Virus record (IMG/VR): IMGVR_UViG_3300031555_002005
DNA: 64,000 nt
Source of the DNA: a virus
Taxonomy: Duplodnaviria; Heunggongvirae; Uroviricota; Caudoviricetes
Direction: 5' to 3' (one strand)
In this document: in pieces, positions 9,045 through 19,129 of the stretch
Position numbering within the stretch: position 1 is the stretch's first letter
Layout of the letters: the number at the start of each line of letters is the position of its first letter
Position numbers and translations under genes: made by a program
The notes under the pieces: model-generated
Told to the model about the DNA's origin: nothing
Database searches by the model: none
Seen by the model: the letters and a program-made list of their open reading frames with translations, nothing else

Positions 9045-10008
9045 ACTTGAAAAAGAAAGACAAATCGAACAGCAGGTCATGAAAAAACTTGACTCTATGC
9101 CTTCTATCTTAACAGACTATTATTATAGTTTAATTGGTGCAGGCAAATCATATAGAACTGCAAAAGTATATATAGAAAATGTAATTCAGTTTGTAAAATT
9201 TACATTTGGAAAAAATATTAAAGAAGACTTTTATTCTAGTGTGAACGCAATCCATATCAATAGATATATTGCTTCTCTGAGAACAAAGACTGTAAAAGGA
9301 AAAACGGAGCGCACATCTGATAGTCACAAAACATTAAATTGGTCTTCTTTAAATTCGTTTTTTCAATTCTTGGTTCCAGATTATATTTCCACAAACCCTG
9401 TGGCAAATACAAAAAGACCCAAAATGAAAGATAATCCAAATGTTACATTCTTGGACACGGAAGAAATGGCAAAAATCTTTAAAAATGTTAAAGAAAAAGC
9501 GAATCCACGAATGTTAAATAGAGATATGTGCCTTTTAAAACTTGGGTTTGCTACGGGCTTACGTATTTCTGCAATAGTACAAATTGATATTGATGATTTA
9601 GATTTAAAACGTAATCAAATCAGAATTACAGAAAAGGGAGATCATGACGATTATGTGATTATAGGAGATAATCTTAAAGCGCAAGTTGAACTGTGGCTAA
9701 AAGACAGAGAGGAATATTTTAGTGATGTAAACAGTAATGCTCTGTTTGTTTCGCAAGAAAAGAATAGACTTAGCGCACGATCTGTTAAGGATTTAATGGA
9801 TAAATATACACTTGGCGCAACTGATAAAAAGGTTACACCTCATGTAATGCGTCACTCTTGTGCGACAAATTTGTATGAAAAAACTGGAGATATTTATCTG
9901 TGTGCAAGACAGTTACATCATAAAAATGTATCTACAACACAGAGATATGCTGAGCTGTCTAAAGAGAAACAGAAAAAGGCGGCGAATATTCTTGATGACA
10001 TGATTTGA
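9034..10008 (+). CDS. tyrosine recombinase/integrase (XerD-like)
   Basis: R...HxxR...Y catalytic residues (GLRISA, HVMRHSCAT, TQRYAE); GAGGAGGGG RBS; TTG start. Confidence 0.75.
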   Translation: MSGRLEKERQIEQQVMKKLDSMPSILTDYYYSLIGAGKSYRTAKVYIENVIQFVKFTFGKNIKEDFYSSVNAIHINRYIASLRTKTVKGKTERTSDSHKTLNWSSLNSFFQFLVPDYISTNPVANTKRPKMKDNPNVTFLDTEEMAKIFKNVKEKANPRMLNRDMCLLKLGFATGLRISAIVQIDIDDLDLKRNQIRITEKGDHDDYVIIGDNLKAQVELWLKDREEYFSDVNSNALFVSQEKNRLSARSVKDLMDKYTLGATDKKVTPHVMRHSCATNLYEKTGDIYLCARQLHHKNVSTTQRYAELSKEKQKKAANILDDMI

Positions 10009-10042
10009 CAAGAATATGATTATTCCAACAATTACAAATTGA

Positions 10043-10071
10043 CAAACACGTGTTCGCAATGTATAATATTC
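10043..10071 (+). promoter_or_regulatory. sigma-A-type promoter
   Basis: TTGACA-N17-TATAAT. Confidence 0.55.
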
Positions 10072-10090
10072 CACGAAGGGGTGGCAAACA

Positions 10091-11005
10091 ATGTATCAAT
10101 CTGAAATGAAAGAGGGTTTTATAAAAGACTATATGAGATCAAGGGTGGTTGCTCGAACGTCTTTATATAGTTTATTCAGAAAAACAGAACCATTTGAAGA
10201 AGAGAATAAAAAGGATTGCAGTCAGTTCAATCAAGATGAAGCTTTATCTATGTACACAAAATTTAAAGCAAAATCAATTTATGTGCTTCTTAATTATAAT
10301 ACAATTTTAAAAGCTTATTGTGCATGGAGACACTATTACCATAAAGAAAAAGTTACGGACTCATATGACAATACTACTATAGAATTACTGAAACCATGTG
10401 TCCCAGAAGATAGTAATAAGTTTTTATCAAGAGAAGAAATAATAGAAATAGAAGATCAATTATATAATTGGACCGACAAGGCAATTGTAGAGTGTTTATG
10501 GGAAGGTATTTCTGGACCAAGTATGATTGACTTGGTGAATATCAATAGATCTATGGTCGATTTTAAGGAAAAGGAAATGTACTTTTCAGACGGAAGAATA
10601 ATTGAATTAACTGATAGGTTATGTGAGCTTTTAAACAAGACATTTGATGAAATTGAGTATATGTGCTACGGAGAATCATTAAGAGTTAAAAAGCTTGTTG
10701 GAATTGGCAATCTATACAAAGAAAGAGATAATGCGCATGCAACAGATTCAAATGATAAATATTTCAGATGGGTGTATAGGAAAGTACAAAATTTTAGAGA
10801 TCATGTTGGTATCCCCGGACTAACCATGAAAAATATACACATATCTGGTATGTATCATTATTTGTGTCAAGGGATGCAAGAAACTGGGCTTGACCTGAAA
10901 AGCTTCTTGAAATCTCAAGATGGTGCGGAATTGGCTTGTAAATATGGTTTTCATTCAGATAGTTACGTAGATAATTTAACACACCGCTTTAAAGATTTTG
11001 TTTAA
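10091..11005 (+). CDS. hypothetical protein (304 aa)
   Basis: GAAGGGG RBS. Confidence 0.55.
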   Translation: MYQSEMKEGFIKDYMRSRVVARTSLYSLFRKTEPFEEENKKDCSQFNQDEALSMYTKFKAKSIYVLLNYNTILKAYCAWRHYYHKEKVTDSYDNTTIELLKPCVPEDSNKFLSREEIIEIEDQLYNWTDKAIVECLWEGISGPSMIDLVNINRSMVDFKEKEMYFSDGRIIELTDRLCELLNKTFDEIEYMCYGESLRVKKLVGIGNLYKERDNAHATDSNDKYFRWVYRKVQNFRDHVGIPGLTMKNIHISGMYHYLCQGMQETGLDLKSFLKSQDGAELACKYGFHSDSYVDNLTHRFKDFV

Positions 11006-11035
11006 GTTATTGACATTATTAAGGGGGATTTAGAA

Positions 11036-11305
11036 TTGTTTCAGACTATTACTACAGAATTTACGAGAAAATTTAATGAATTGAACGGAAAAAATGCAGA
11101 TGTCCAAATTAAGCATGCTCTTTATGGATCTCAAAAAATTAAAAGATGTGTTCTCCATCCTTTTGTTGATGGGGAACGCATTGGATTAAATATTAATGAG
11201 GAAGATATTTACATTACAACTGAAGAGCTAAGGGAGACTAGGGTGGGGGCAAATCAATATGTTATTAAAGGGGAATTGATGGAATTATATATTAGTTTAT
11301 TATAA
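11036..11305 (+). CDS. hypothetical protein (TTG start)
   Basis: AAGGGGGA RBS. Confidence 0.45.
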   Translation: MFQTITTEFTRKFNELNGKNADVQIKHALYGSQKIKRCVLHPFVDGERIGLNINEEDIYITTEELRETRVGANQYVIKGELMELYISLL

Positions 11306-11327
11306 GAAAAGTATGGCGGCGAGGGAG

Positions 11328-11356
11328 GGCTTGACAAAATAGAAAAAATATGTTAT
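11328..11356 (+). promoter_or_regulatory. sigma-A-type promoter
   Basis: TTGACA-N17-TATACT, followed by the conserved element. Confidence 0.5.
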
Positions 11357-11389
11357 ACTATCACTAGCAAAAGAAACAATACAAAATGA

Positions 11390-11635
11390 ATGTGTGTTTT
11401 ACAGCTGGTGAAGGGAGGTTACATATGTTTGGAAGGCAGGGGAAAAGAGCGCACGTGGATTCAGTGCCAAAGTTGTGGGCATATATACCAAACAAACAAA
11501 AAAGTTTCTATTGAGAAATCGATAATTGAATCAGTTTGTCCAGAATGTGAGGGACATGTTGGGTTAAACTGCGGAGATAAAGAAGAAGATATTTATGTTT
11601 ATATGAATCCAAATTTAGATAATAGATACTACTAA
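11390..11635 (+). CDS. zinc-ribbon protein (start uncertain; possible TTG at 11429)
   Basis: CQSCGH...CPECEGH. Confidence 0.45.
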   Translation: MCVLQLVKGGYICLEGRGKERTWIQCQSCGHIYQTNKKVSIEKSIIESVCPECEGHVGLNCGDKEEDIYVYMNPNLDNRYY

Positions 11636-11693
11636 GGAAATTATATTTTTATAATTAACAATACAAAATTTATGACAAAAAGAGAGGTACTAT

Positions 11694-12047
11694 ATGGTTT
11701 ATTACGGAACTAGTAAAATTGAAACTCTATGGGTTGGGCCAGAGAACGACATGGATGATGTTTGCTGCATTGACATGACTAAGGCATATGATGAGAATAT
11801 GTTTTATGTTAGTACATGCTGTAATACTGATTGGGTGTGGAAGTTCAAGATGGAGGGAGAAACCAACTATGAAATGGTAAAGTACACCATTATTGATGAA
11901 ATTTTTGAATGCGAGAATATGATTGAACTGATGGATCATCTTGATGACATTTTTGGAGAACTTTTTGATGATATTGTTGCGTATGAAGATGAGGCACATG
12001 ATGAGCTGTGTTGTGAAAATTGCAACCATAGAAGTTGCTTGAATTAA
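11694..12047 (+). CDS. hypothetical acidic Cys-containing protein
   Basis: AGAGAGG RBS. Confidence 0.55.
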   Translation: MVYYGTSKIETLWVGPENDMDDVCCIDMTKAYDENMFYVSTCCNTDWVWKFKMEGETNYEMVKYTIIDEIFECENMIELMDHLDDIFGELFDDIVAYEDEAHDELCCENCNHRSCLN

Positions 12048-12071
12048 TAAATAGAAAAGTGTGTTGGTAAA

Positions 12072-12944
12072 ATGGAGGAAATTAATAATGGCGTTTTAAC
12101 AATACAAAAAATTTCAAATGAAAAACAAAATTGGTGTGTTTATTTACATACAAACAAAATAAATGGGAAGAAATATGTTGGTATCACTGGCCAAAATCCA
12201 GAAGATAGATGGAGAAGAGATGGTAAAGGATACAGAACTCAAAAGTATTTTTGGAGAGCAATTCAGAAATATGGATGGAACAACTTTAAACATGAAGTTG
12301 TTTTATATAACGAAACTTTTAAATACGCATGTGCCGTAGAAAAATGTTTAATAAAGCATTATAAATCTAATGATCCAAGGTATGGTTATAATCTTACTGA
12401 TGGTGGCGAAGGCGTTTCTGGTAGAACTCCATGGAATTATGGAATACCAATGTCTGACGAAATGAAAGAAATAATACGGAAAGCAAATACTGGGAGAAAA
12501 ATATCCGAAGAAACACGTAAAAAATTAATTAATGCAAAAAAGGGTAAGCCTCCCAATAACGCAGGGCGTCCAATGTCAGACGAAACAAAAAGAAAATTGT
12601 CAATGTCGCTTATTGGACGAGTGTTTGATGATGAGACAAAACAAAAAATTAGCAATTCCAAAAAAGGAAAATACACAGGCGTAGATAGCTCTAGACATCA
12701 CCCAATTTATTGCGTTGAATTAAATGAAATTTTTTGGGGTGCAAAGGCTGTGAAAGATAAGTATGGTTTTACCACATGTAATATTGGAGCATGTTGTAGA
12801 GGAGAGCGAAATTATGCCAATAAACATCCAGACACCGGAGAGAAGCTTCATTGGATCTATTGTGATGATGCAATAAAAAATGGATATATTACATCATTTC
12901 AACTTGATAATTACTATAAAGGATTAATGGACAAAGGAGATTAA
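12072..12944 (+). CDS. GIY-YIG homing endonuclease (I-TevI-like)
   Basis: NWCVYLHTN...KKYVGIT GIY-YIG motif plus NUMOD-like repeats; start codon uncertain. Confidence 0.75.
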   Translation: MEEINNGVLTIQKISNEKQNWCVYLHTNKINGKKYVGITGQNPEDRWRRDGKGYRTQKYFWRAIQKYGWNNFKHEVVLYNETFKYACAVEKCLIKHYKSNDPRYGYNLTDGGEGVSGRTPWNYGIPMSDEMKEIIRKANTGRKISEETRKKLINAKKGKPPNNAGRPMSDETKRKLSMSLIGRVFDDETKQKISNSKKGKYTGVDSSRHHPIYCVELNEIFWGAKAVKDKYGFTTCNIGACCRGERNYANKHPDTGEKLHWIYCDDAIKNGYITSFQLDNYYKGLMDKGD

Positions 12945-12948
12945 CAAA

Positions 12949-14016
12949 ATGAGCAACAGGGTATTTGATTTGCAGGAAACCAAGGGAACCTTTCAGGTGA
13001 GAGGTATTATTAATGGTGTAGAAAAGGATCGCTTCTATACTGATAAGAAGACTAAGACTGGCAAGGATTTTAGAGCAGTAAATTTTGGCTGCGAATATGA
13101 TGATAAGCAGACTATTTATCTAAATCTGAATGGTATGCCCCAGCAGAAGGTTTATTTTTCTAAGAGAAATCAGGCAACTGGCAAGACTGAAACTAAGGAC
13201 GTGCCTTGGGCAAATAGAAACAAGTTTAACGAAGAGGGCTTCCGCATGATTGGCGTTGGTCTTGGACTAACTAAGACTAGAGATAATAGTGGCAAGGAAG
13301 TTAATGACAAGAAGACTATGGCACCCTTTGATGCATGTGAGTATATCAATGCAAATCTAAAGGATGATATGTCTACTTTTATTAAGGGCAATGTCGAATT
13401 TAGCAGCTATACTGATAACGAAGGTAATATTCGTAGAAGTGTAAAGTATATTCCTAGCCAGATTTCTCTGTGTAAGGAAGTAGATTTCAGTAAGTATGAT
13501 GATGCAGATAATAAGCCTGCACATGATTTCACTCAGACCATTGTGTTTATGGGCGTAGATCAGGAAAAGGTAGATGATAAGGCAACTGGTAGATTCATTG
13601 TTTCTGCTAAGATTGTAACTTATTCTGATATTGTTGATACTGAATTCTATATTCTTGATAAGAGCCTAGCGAACCTATTTAAGAAGAATCTAAAGCCCTA
13701 TACTGCTATTACTGTACATGGTAAGATTGAAGTATCTCATAGCGTTCAGGAAGTTGAGGAAGAGGATTCTTGGGGTGAAGCAAATGCAATGAATAGAGTT
13801 TCTAATCCTACTAAGGCTGAAATGATTATTACGGGTGCCACTCCTAGTACTATTGATCGTGAGACTTATAATGAGAAGAATGTTGCAGAGGCGGTTGCAA
13901 AGGTAAAGGCATCTAAGACTGCCGAGCAGAATTTCTCTGGCAAGACAACTGAGAGTTCTGATGATAGTTGGGGCGATAGTTATGATGATACAGACGATGA
14001 GTCTGATCCATGGTAA
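12949..14016 (+). CDS. single-stranded DNA-binding protein-like
   Basis: Acidic C-terminal tail ending DDESDPW as in SSB/gp2.5; sits in the recombination module. Confidence 0.45.
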   Translation: MSNRVFDLQETKGTFQVRGIINGVEKDRFYTDKKTKTGKDFRAVNFGCEYDDKQTIYLNLNGMPQQKVYFSKRNQATGKTETKDVPWANRNKFNEEGFRMIGVGLGLTKTRDNSGKEVNDKKTMAPFDACEYINANLKDDMSTFIKGNVEFSSYTDNEGNIRRSVKYIPSQISLCKEVDFSKYDDADNKPAHDFTQTIVFMGVDQEKVDDKATGRFIVSAKIVTYSDIVDTEFYILDKSLANLFKKNLKPYTAITVHGKIEVSHSVQEVEEEDSWGEANAMNRVSNPTKAEMIITGATPSTIDRETYNEKNVAEAVAKVKASKTAEQNFSGKTTESSDDSWGDSYDDTDDESDPW

Positions 14017-14049
14017 TTAACATTTGACATAAAAGGAGATTAAAGATAT

Positions 14050-15198
14050 ATGGCAATAGCAAGAAGTGGAAGCACAATTAAACCAAAGCTAAACATGTTA
14101 TTTTATGGTGAGCCAGGTGTTGGTAAGTCAACTATGGCGCTACAGCTGGCTTATTTTAAGAGAGAGGATGGAACTCCTTTTAGATTACTAGTTCTAGATG
14201 CAGAGAGTGGCGGCTGTGAAGAATGCCTAGCTGAACTAGAAGAGAACGGTATTGATTTGAGAAACGTATATATTGTATATAGCCAGTCTCAGAAGGAAAT
14301 TAAGGAATACATTGCAAAGGTAAGAGATCACGAGCCATTCTACGAATTGGATGAAGATGGTAATGAAACTGATGAGATCGTTAAGGATGCTTATGGTGAA
14401 GACTTCTACCCTGATGCGCTAGTTCTAGATGGTACTTCTGTTCTAAAGCTAGTTAGCTCTCAGAGCCTACTGGATCTATCTAGAAAGAGAAATAAGATTA
14501 AGGCTGAAAAGTCTGGCGCAACTGCAGAAGAGAAGTTTGTTGCAGTAAGTAATGCAAACCTAGAGCTAAAGGACTACTCCCAGCTGAATTACTCAGGACA
14601 GGATCTAGTTCTTTCTCTGATGGCATGTGGTGTGCATGTTATTATCACTGCAAGAGAAAAGGACGAGACTGTTTCCGTCAAAGGAGACGATGGTAAGATT
14701 ACTAGCGTTGCTACTGGCAAGCGTGTGTATGATTCCTTTAAGGGAATGGATTACAACACTAAGACTCTAGTCAGATTGTATAGAGATGATCTAGGTCAGG
14801 TGTGTGCCGAAGTTATTAAGGATAGAACTCGTGTTTACTCTGCAGGTGAGATTATTGAGAATCCTTCCTTGCTTGCTTGGGAAAGTGTTATTCAGAAGGG
14901 TAAGGGCAAGGCAGATTTTACTTTGAGAAATGACTTGGACAAGGCAATTGACACCGATCAGGCAATCTTTGAAAAGCAGATGATGGGTAGTAATGCTGCG
15001 GAAGCAGAGGATAAATCTGTAGCTGCTGGTTCAGCTGATAGTTTGAGAGCAACAATCAAGAGTGCTGTTGCAAAGCTAAGTAATGAAGGTAAGCAGGAAA
15101 TGAAAAAGAAGCTGACTGAAGCAAATCTTCCTACGAATTTTACAAAGGTAACTGATGTAAATGTCCTTCAGCAGATTCTAAATATTGTTTCTGAATAA
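14050..15198 (+). CDS. RecA-fold ATPase (Sak4/RecA-like recombination protein)
   Basis: Walker A GEPGVGKST; Walker B LLVLDAESG. Confidence 0.5.
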   Translation: MAIARSGSTIKPKLNMLFYGEPGVGKSTMALQLAYFKREDGTPFRLLVLDAESGGCEECLAELEENGIDLRNVYIVYSQSQKEIKEYIAKVRDHEPFYELDEDGNETDEIVKDAYGEDFYPDALVLDGTSVLKLVSSQSLLDLSRKRNKIKAEKSGATAEEKFVAVSNANLELKDYSQLNYSGQDLVLSLMACGVHVIITAREKDETVSVKGDDGKITSVATGKRVYDSFKGMDYNTKTLVRLYRDDLGQVCAEVIKDRTRVYSAGEIIENPSLLAWESVIQKGKGKADFTLRNDLDKAIDTDQAIFEKQMMGSNAAEAEDKSVAAGSADSLRATIKSAVAKLSNEGKQEMKKKLTEANLPTNFTKVTDVNVLQQILNIVSE

Positions 15199-15217
15199 CA
15201 GTATGAAATTAATGTAG

Positions 15218-15240
15218 GGAGGCTTAGTCCTCCCTATCTT
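15218..15240 (+). terminator. rho-independent terminator
   Basis: GGGAGG-CTTAGT-CCTCCC followed by a T-rich run. Confidence 0.55.
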
Positions 15241-15272
15241 TATATATGCATTGGCAGAAATGGAGATCTAAA

Positions 15273-15929
15273 ATGGCTAATTCTACAGTAAGAAAGTGTG
15301 AGCATTGTAAGGACAGTATACTTATTGACAGAAATAATGTTCATGATGTAACACTGTTTAAAAATAAATATTATCATAGCAAGTGCTTTAAAGAACGTGT
15401 AGAACAAAGACTTGCAGGTAAAAATCCACATAAGATGTGGAAGGATGCATTGAGCCACGTGGGCGAGTATGAAAATGACGCAAAGGAAGCAATAGAATTT
15501 TGGTTCAATAGAGATGATATATACAATCACTTGTTAGACAACTATGATATTGTAGAGGTTCCAGGTACAGTATTTACACGTCTTGATGCGGTTATTACTG
15601 GTACATATGGACGTAAGTCAAAGCCAATTGACTATGCAGATTTTGTGTCATGTTGGCGTGATGGTCAAACAACTCTTAATAGGATTAACAGAAATAATAG
15701 GGTGAATGGTAAAAATATCGATGGAGTTCATAGAATAAATTATGACTTGGCAGTTGTTCTCAAGAAGTTTCCGCAGTGGAGAAAGCATCAAGAGAAATTG
15801 AAAGCTGAGCGCATTGAAGCTGAAAGAGCGCAAAGGGAAGCTGTGCGCATTAATTATGATAGCATGATCAGAACAGAAATCAAGCATGAAGGTTTGGATG
15901 ACATTTCTGATTTACTAGATGAATTTTAA
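15273..15929 (+). CDS. hypothetical protein with N-terminal zinc finger
   Basis: ATGGAGAT RBS before the ATG at 15273. Confidence 0.5.
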   Translation: MANSTVRKCEHCKDSILIDRNNVHDVTLFKNKYYHSKCFKERVEQRLAGKNPHKMWKDALSHVGEYENDAKEAIEFWFNRDDIYNHLLDNYDIVEVPGTVFTRLDAVITGTYGRKSKPIDYADFVSCWRDGQTTLNRINRNNRVNGKNIDGVHRINYDLAVVLKKFPQWRKHQEKLKAERIEAERAQREAVRINYDSMIRTEIKHEGLDDISDLLDEF

Positions 15930-15933
15930 GTAG

Positions 15934-17490
15934 GTGACAGAATTGCAAAATGAAAATAATGCAGTGAAATTTGATAAAACAAATGTACAGTCGGAGCTAT
16001 TGTTTTGCGGCTGTATGTATAAAGAACCAGATTTATATCTAAGTTATGGTGAATCTACAAAGTCTAAGTATGACTTGTCTGATCCTGCGACAAGATTTTT
16101 TTATGACTTGTTTGAAGATTACTATTTAACTTTCAGTCAGGATATTTCTCAGAACAAAATCAATAATTTTGTAACGCAAAACTCTGAAAGATTGAAGTCA
16201 TACAAGAGTTATGGTGGATGGAAAACCATTCAGAACATGATGGATTTAGCAGATCCTAATGATTTTAAGAACGTATTTAATACGGTCAAGAAGTATTCAT
16301 TGATTCGTGAATATGACAAGCAAGGATTCCCTGCTGAAAAAATGCTGTCAATGAAGAACTTCCAGTACATGACGGCTCATGATGTGTATCGTATGATGCG
16401 CAGTAAGGCAGATAAAATTAATACTAAAATTAATGTTATTGAAGAGCCTGTATTGCTTACTAAGGGAGTTTCTAAAGTTGTTGATTCTTATTTGTTGGCT
16501 CCGCAATTTGGCATTCAGACGCACTGGAAGGGATACAATGAATATTTTAGAGGTCTATTGCCTGGAAATGTTTTATTCCAAGGTTTTCTTTCCAATGAAG
16601 GTAAGTCAAGAAATCTTGTTAATCTAATTGCATATGTTACTCTTGTTAAAAAACAAAAGTTTATGCTGCTAAGTAATGAGATGACTGAAGATGCAATGAA
16701 GAACTGCTTGATTACTACTGTACTAAACTGCAAGGAATTTAAGGAACTTCATGGTGTTGAGCTTATGAAGCCTGAAAAAGAAATCACCATGGGCATGTAC
16801 AGAGATGATGTTACAGGTGAGTTTATAGAAAGAAAAAATGATGGCAAGGGAAACTTCACAGAAAGCGAAGAAGATTTCCTTAACAGAATTAAAAGCACAA
16901 AGGAATATCAGGACGTAATTAAGGTTGCCAACTGGATGGAAGAACAGCTGGAAGGCAAATTCTATTTTAATGATATTACCTCTGATTATAGCGATGAAGC
17001 AATTGAGTTGGAAGTCAGAAGAGCAAAGCTTGTTTATAATTGTAATTGCTTTGCGGTTGATACATTGAAAGCTTGGGGCGCTGAGGACTGGGTTAAGGTT
17101 AAGGCAACTGCTACCAAGATTGTTGAGCTTGGAAAGGAATTGAAGTTATTCGGTATGTGCACATTCCAGCTGACTGACGCAACAGTATTTGATAGTGTGT
17201 TTGATCTGTCGAGTAATAATATTGGTGCGGCTAAGGGCATAAAGCATCCAGTCGATTTATTGACGCTTGGTAAAAGAATTACACCAGAAGAATATCCGTC
17301 GTTGCAATATTTGGCTTATGACGATAATTGGGGCGAAGAGGTAGCACATGACCTTGATCCTCAGAAGCAATATTTTGGCCTGCGAATCGACAAGAACCGT
17401 CTAAATGAGAAGGGTAAGATACTATTGTTTTCCTACGATTTAAATTTCAATTTTTGGTACAACGAGGGAATTTTGATTAAAAAGAAATAA
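15934..17490 (+). CDS. DnaB-like replicative helicase (divergent)
   Basis: GxLxxxxxxxGKS pattern resembling the DnaB C-terminal domain; size 518 aa; non-ATG start. Confidence 0.4.
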   Translation: MTELQNENNAVKFDKTNVQSELLFCGCMYKEPDLYLSYGESTKSKYDLSDPATRFFYDLFEDYYLTFSQDISQNKINNFVTQNSERLKSYKSYGGWKTIQNMMDLADPNDFKNVFNTVKKYSLIREYDKQGFPAEKMLSMKNFQYMTAHDVYRMMRSKADKINTKINVIEEPVLLTKGVSKVVDSYLLAPQFGIQTHWKGYNEYFRGLLPGNVLFQGFLSNEGKSRNLVNLIAYVTLVKKQKFMLLSNEMTEDAMKNCLITTVLNCKEFKELHGVELMKPEKEITMGMYRDDVTGEFIERKNDGKGNFTESEEDFLNRIKSTKEYQDVIKVANWMEEQLEGKFYFNDITSDYSDEAIELEVRRAKLVYNCNCFAVDTLKAWGAEDWVKVKATATKIVELGKELKLFGMCTFQLTDATVFDSVFDLSSNNIGAAKGIKHPVDLLTLGKRITPEEYPSLQYLAYDDNWGEEVAHDLDPQKQYFGLRIDKNRLNEKGKILLFSYDLNFNFWYNEGILIKKK

Positions 17491-17547
17491 AAGCGAAACA
17501 AAAAGCTCAAAAAGAAAGGAATTTGACAACATGGAAGTGACTTAATA

Positions 17548-18603
17548 TTGGAACAAATCAATAATAATTGGTGTGTTTATATGCACACCAATATCATAAA
17601 TAATAAAAAATATATTGGAATTACGTGCAAGAAGCCAGAACATAGGTGGAATGAAGGCAAAGGATATAAACATAATAGATATTTTTGGAATGCAATTCAA
17701 AAATATGGTTGGGAAAATTTTAAACATGAAATTGTTTCATTTAACCTCTCTCACGATGATGCTTGTAAAATGGAAAAATATTTAATCGCTTATTATAGCT
17801 CGAATAATTCGATATATGGTTATAATCTTACAAGTGGTGGAGATAGTGGGTTTTTACATACTGAAGAAACAAAAGAGAGAATAAGACAAGCTAATAGTGG
17901 TATAAGCAATGCAATGTACGGTATTTCTCCAAAAGAACGAATGGATGAAGATACGTACAAACAATGGCTTTATAAGCAACAGACAAATAAACCACACGGT
18001 GAAGATAATCCACAATATGGTGTATCTCCAAAAGAGAGAATGGATGAAACAACATACCAAGAATGGTTGTACAAACAGAAAAATAACAAGCCAAAAGGGA
18101 AAGACCATCCTATGTATGGAGTGTCGCCACAGGAGCGAATGGACGAAGATACATACAAAAATTGGTTGGAAAAAATGAAAAATCCAGCCAAAAGCATATC
18201 TGTTAAGTGCATTGAAACAGATAAAATATATAAAAGTGCAAGAGAAGCAGAAAGAGAAACAGGAATTGCACACAGTTCAATTGTGAAGTCTTGTATGTCA
18301 GAAGATCATTCGGTAATTGCTGGCGGATTTCATTGGTGTTTGGGCAGCGATAATTTTTCTATGGAGGATCTTGGCTTAGAATATAAAGGTAAGAGGTACA
18401 TTAGGTGCATAGAGACTAATCGTATTTATAAAACAGCCAGAGAAGTTAAGAGAGAAACAGGTTTGGATGACTCATCCATTAACAAATGTTGCAAGGGATA
18501 TTATTTCAAAACAGTTGGTGGCCTTCATTGGGAATATATTTATTTGCTTCCAGAACAATACGAAGAATGGTGCAAAACCAACAACTTAACAACACAAAAT
18601 TAA
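17548..18603 (+). CDS. GIY-YIG homing endonuclease
   Basis: NWCVYMHTN...KKYIGIT; three tandem 32-aa linker repeats. Confidence 0.75.
   Translation: MEQINNNWCVYMHTNIINNKKYIGITCKKPEHRWNEGKGYKHNRYFWNAIQKYGWENFKHEIVSFNLSHDDACKMEKYLIAYYSSNNSIYGYNLTSGGDSGFLHTEETKERIRQANSGISNAMYGISPKERMDEDTYKQWLYKQQTNKPHGEDNPQYGVSPKERMDETTYQEWLYKQKNNKPKGKDHPMYGVSPQERMDEDTYKNWLEKMKNPAKSISVKCIETDKIYKSAREAERETGIAHSSIVKSCMSEDHSVIAGGFHWCLGSDNFSMEDLGLEYKGKRYIRCIETNRIYKTAREVKRETGLDDSSINKCCKGYYFKTVGGLHWEYIYLLPEQYEEWCKTNNLTTQN
17917..18190 (+). repeat. three tandem roughly 96-nt repeats within the GIY-YIG endonuclease gene
   Basis: YG(I/V)SPKERMDE(D/T)TY..WLYKQ repeated three times. Confidence 0.6.
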
Positions 18604-18624
18604 TAAACGAAAGAAGGGAAGTTC

Positions 18625-18885
18625 ATGGCAGTAAACCTACAATTACGTGCCGAACTCCCAGAGGATGCAATAGTCTTTGACAACATGTCATATGATGGTT
18701 CAATAGTGGGAGTAACGACAGATGGTAGAGTAGTTTATGACTACGATAAAATGGTAGAAGAATTAATGCATGATGAAGAATGGAGCTATGAAGAGGCCGC
18801 AGAGTGGATCGACTATAACACAATTAGAGCGCTTCCATATGCAGGCGAGAATGGTCCAATTATTATGTTTAGTATACTAGAATAA
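18625..18885 (+). CDS. hypothetical protein
   Basis: GAAGGGAAG RBS. Confidence 0.55.
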   Translation: MAVNLQLRAELPEDAIVFDNMSYDGSIVGVTTDGRVVYDYDKMVEELMHDEEWSYEEAAEWIDYNTIRALPYAGENGPIIMFSILE

Positions 18886-18892
18886 CCAGTTA

Positions 18893-18926
18893 GGCAGGGT
18901 AAAATTTGTTTATCCTGCCTAATTGA
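18893..18926 (+). terminator. rho-independent terminator
   Basis: TTAGGCAGG...CCTGCCTAA stem. Confidence 0.5.
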
Positions 18927-18980
18927 CATATGGAAAATTTTTGGTATAATAACAATACAAAATTAATAGGAGTGAATATT

Positions 18981-19118
18981 ATGGTAAATAAAGATAATTG
19001 TGATGCTTACGATAGTGGTTATTGTTATCGTTTAGGCAGACCTTTAACGGATGAAGAAGATGATATGTGCGAACATTGTTGTTGTGAAGATATTAAACAA
19101 ATAAAAGCAGAGTTTTAA
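18981..19118 (+). CDS. Cys-rich small protein
   Basis: AGGAGTG RBS; the track's earlier start overlaps promoter and motif. Confidence 0.45.
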   Translation: MVNKDNCDAYDSGYCYRLGRPLTDEEDDMCEHCCCEDIKQIKAEF

Positions 19119-19129
19119 GAGGTAAGAAT

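Noticed and set aside
12100-12120. A copy of the conserved element (AACAATACAAAAAATT) inside the 5' end of the GIY-YIG gene
   Set aside because: Degenerate, with AAAAAATT instead of AAATTAAT, and inside the coding sequence. More likely the true start codon of the gene lies downstream or this is a chance match.
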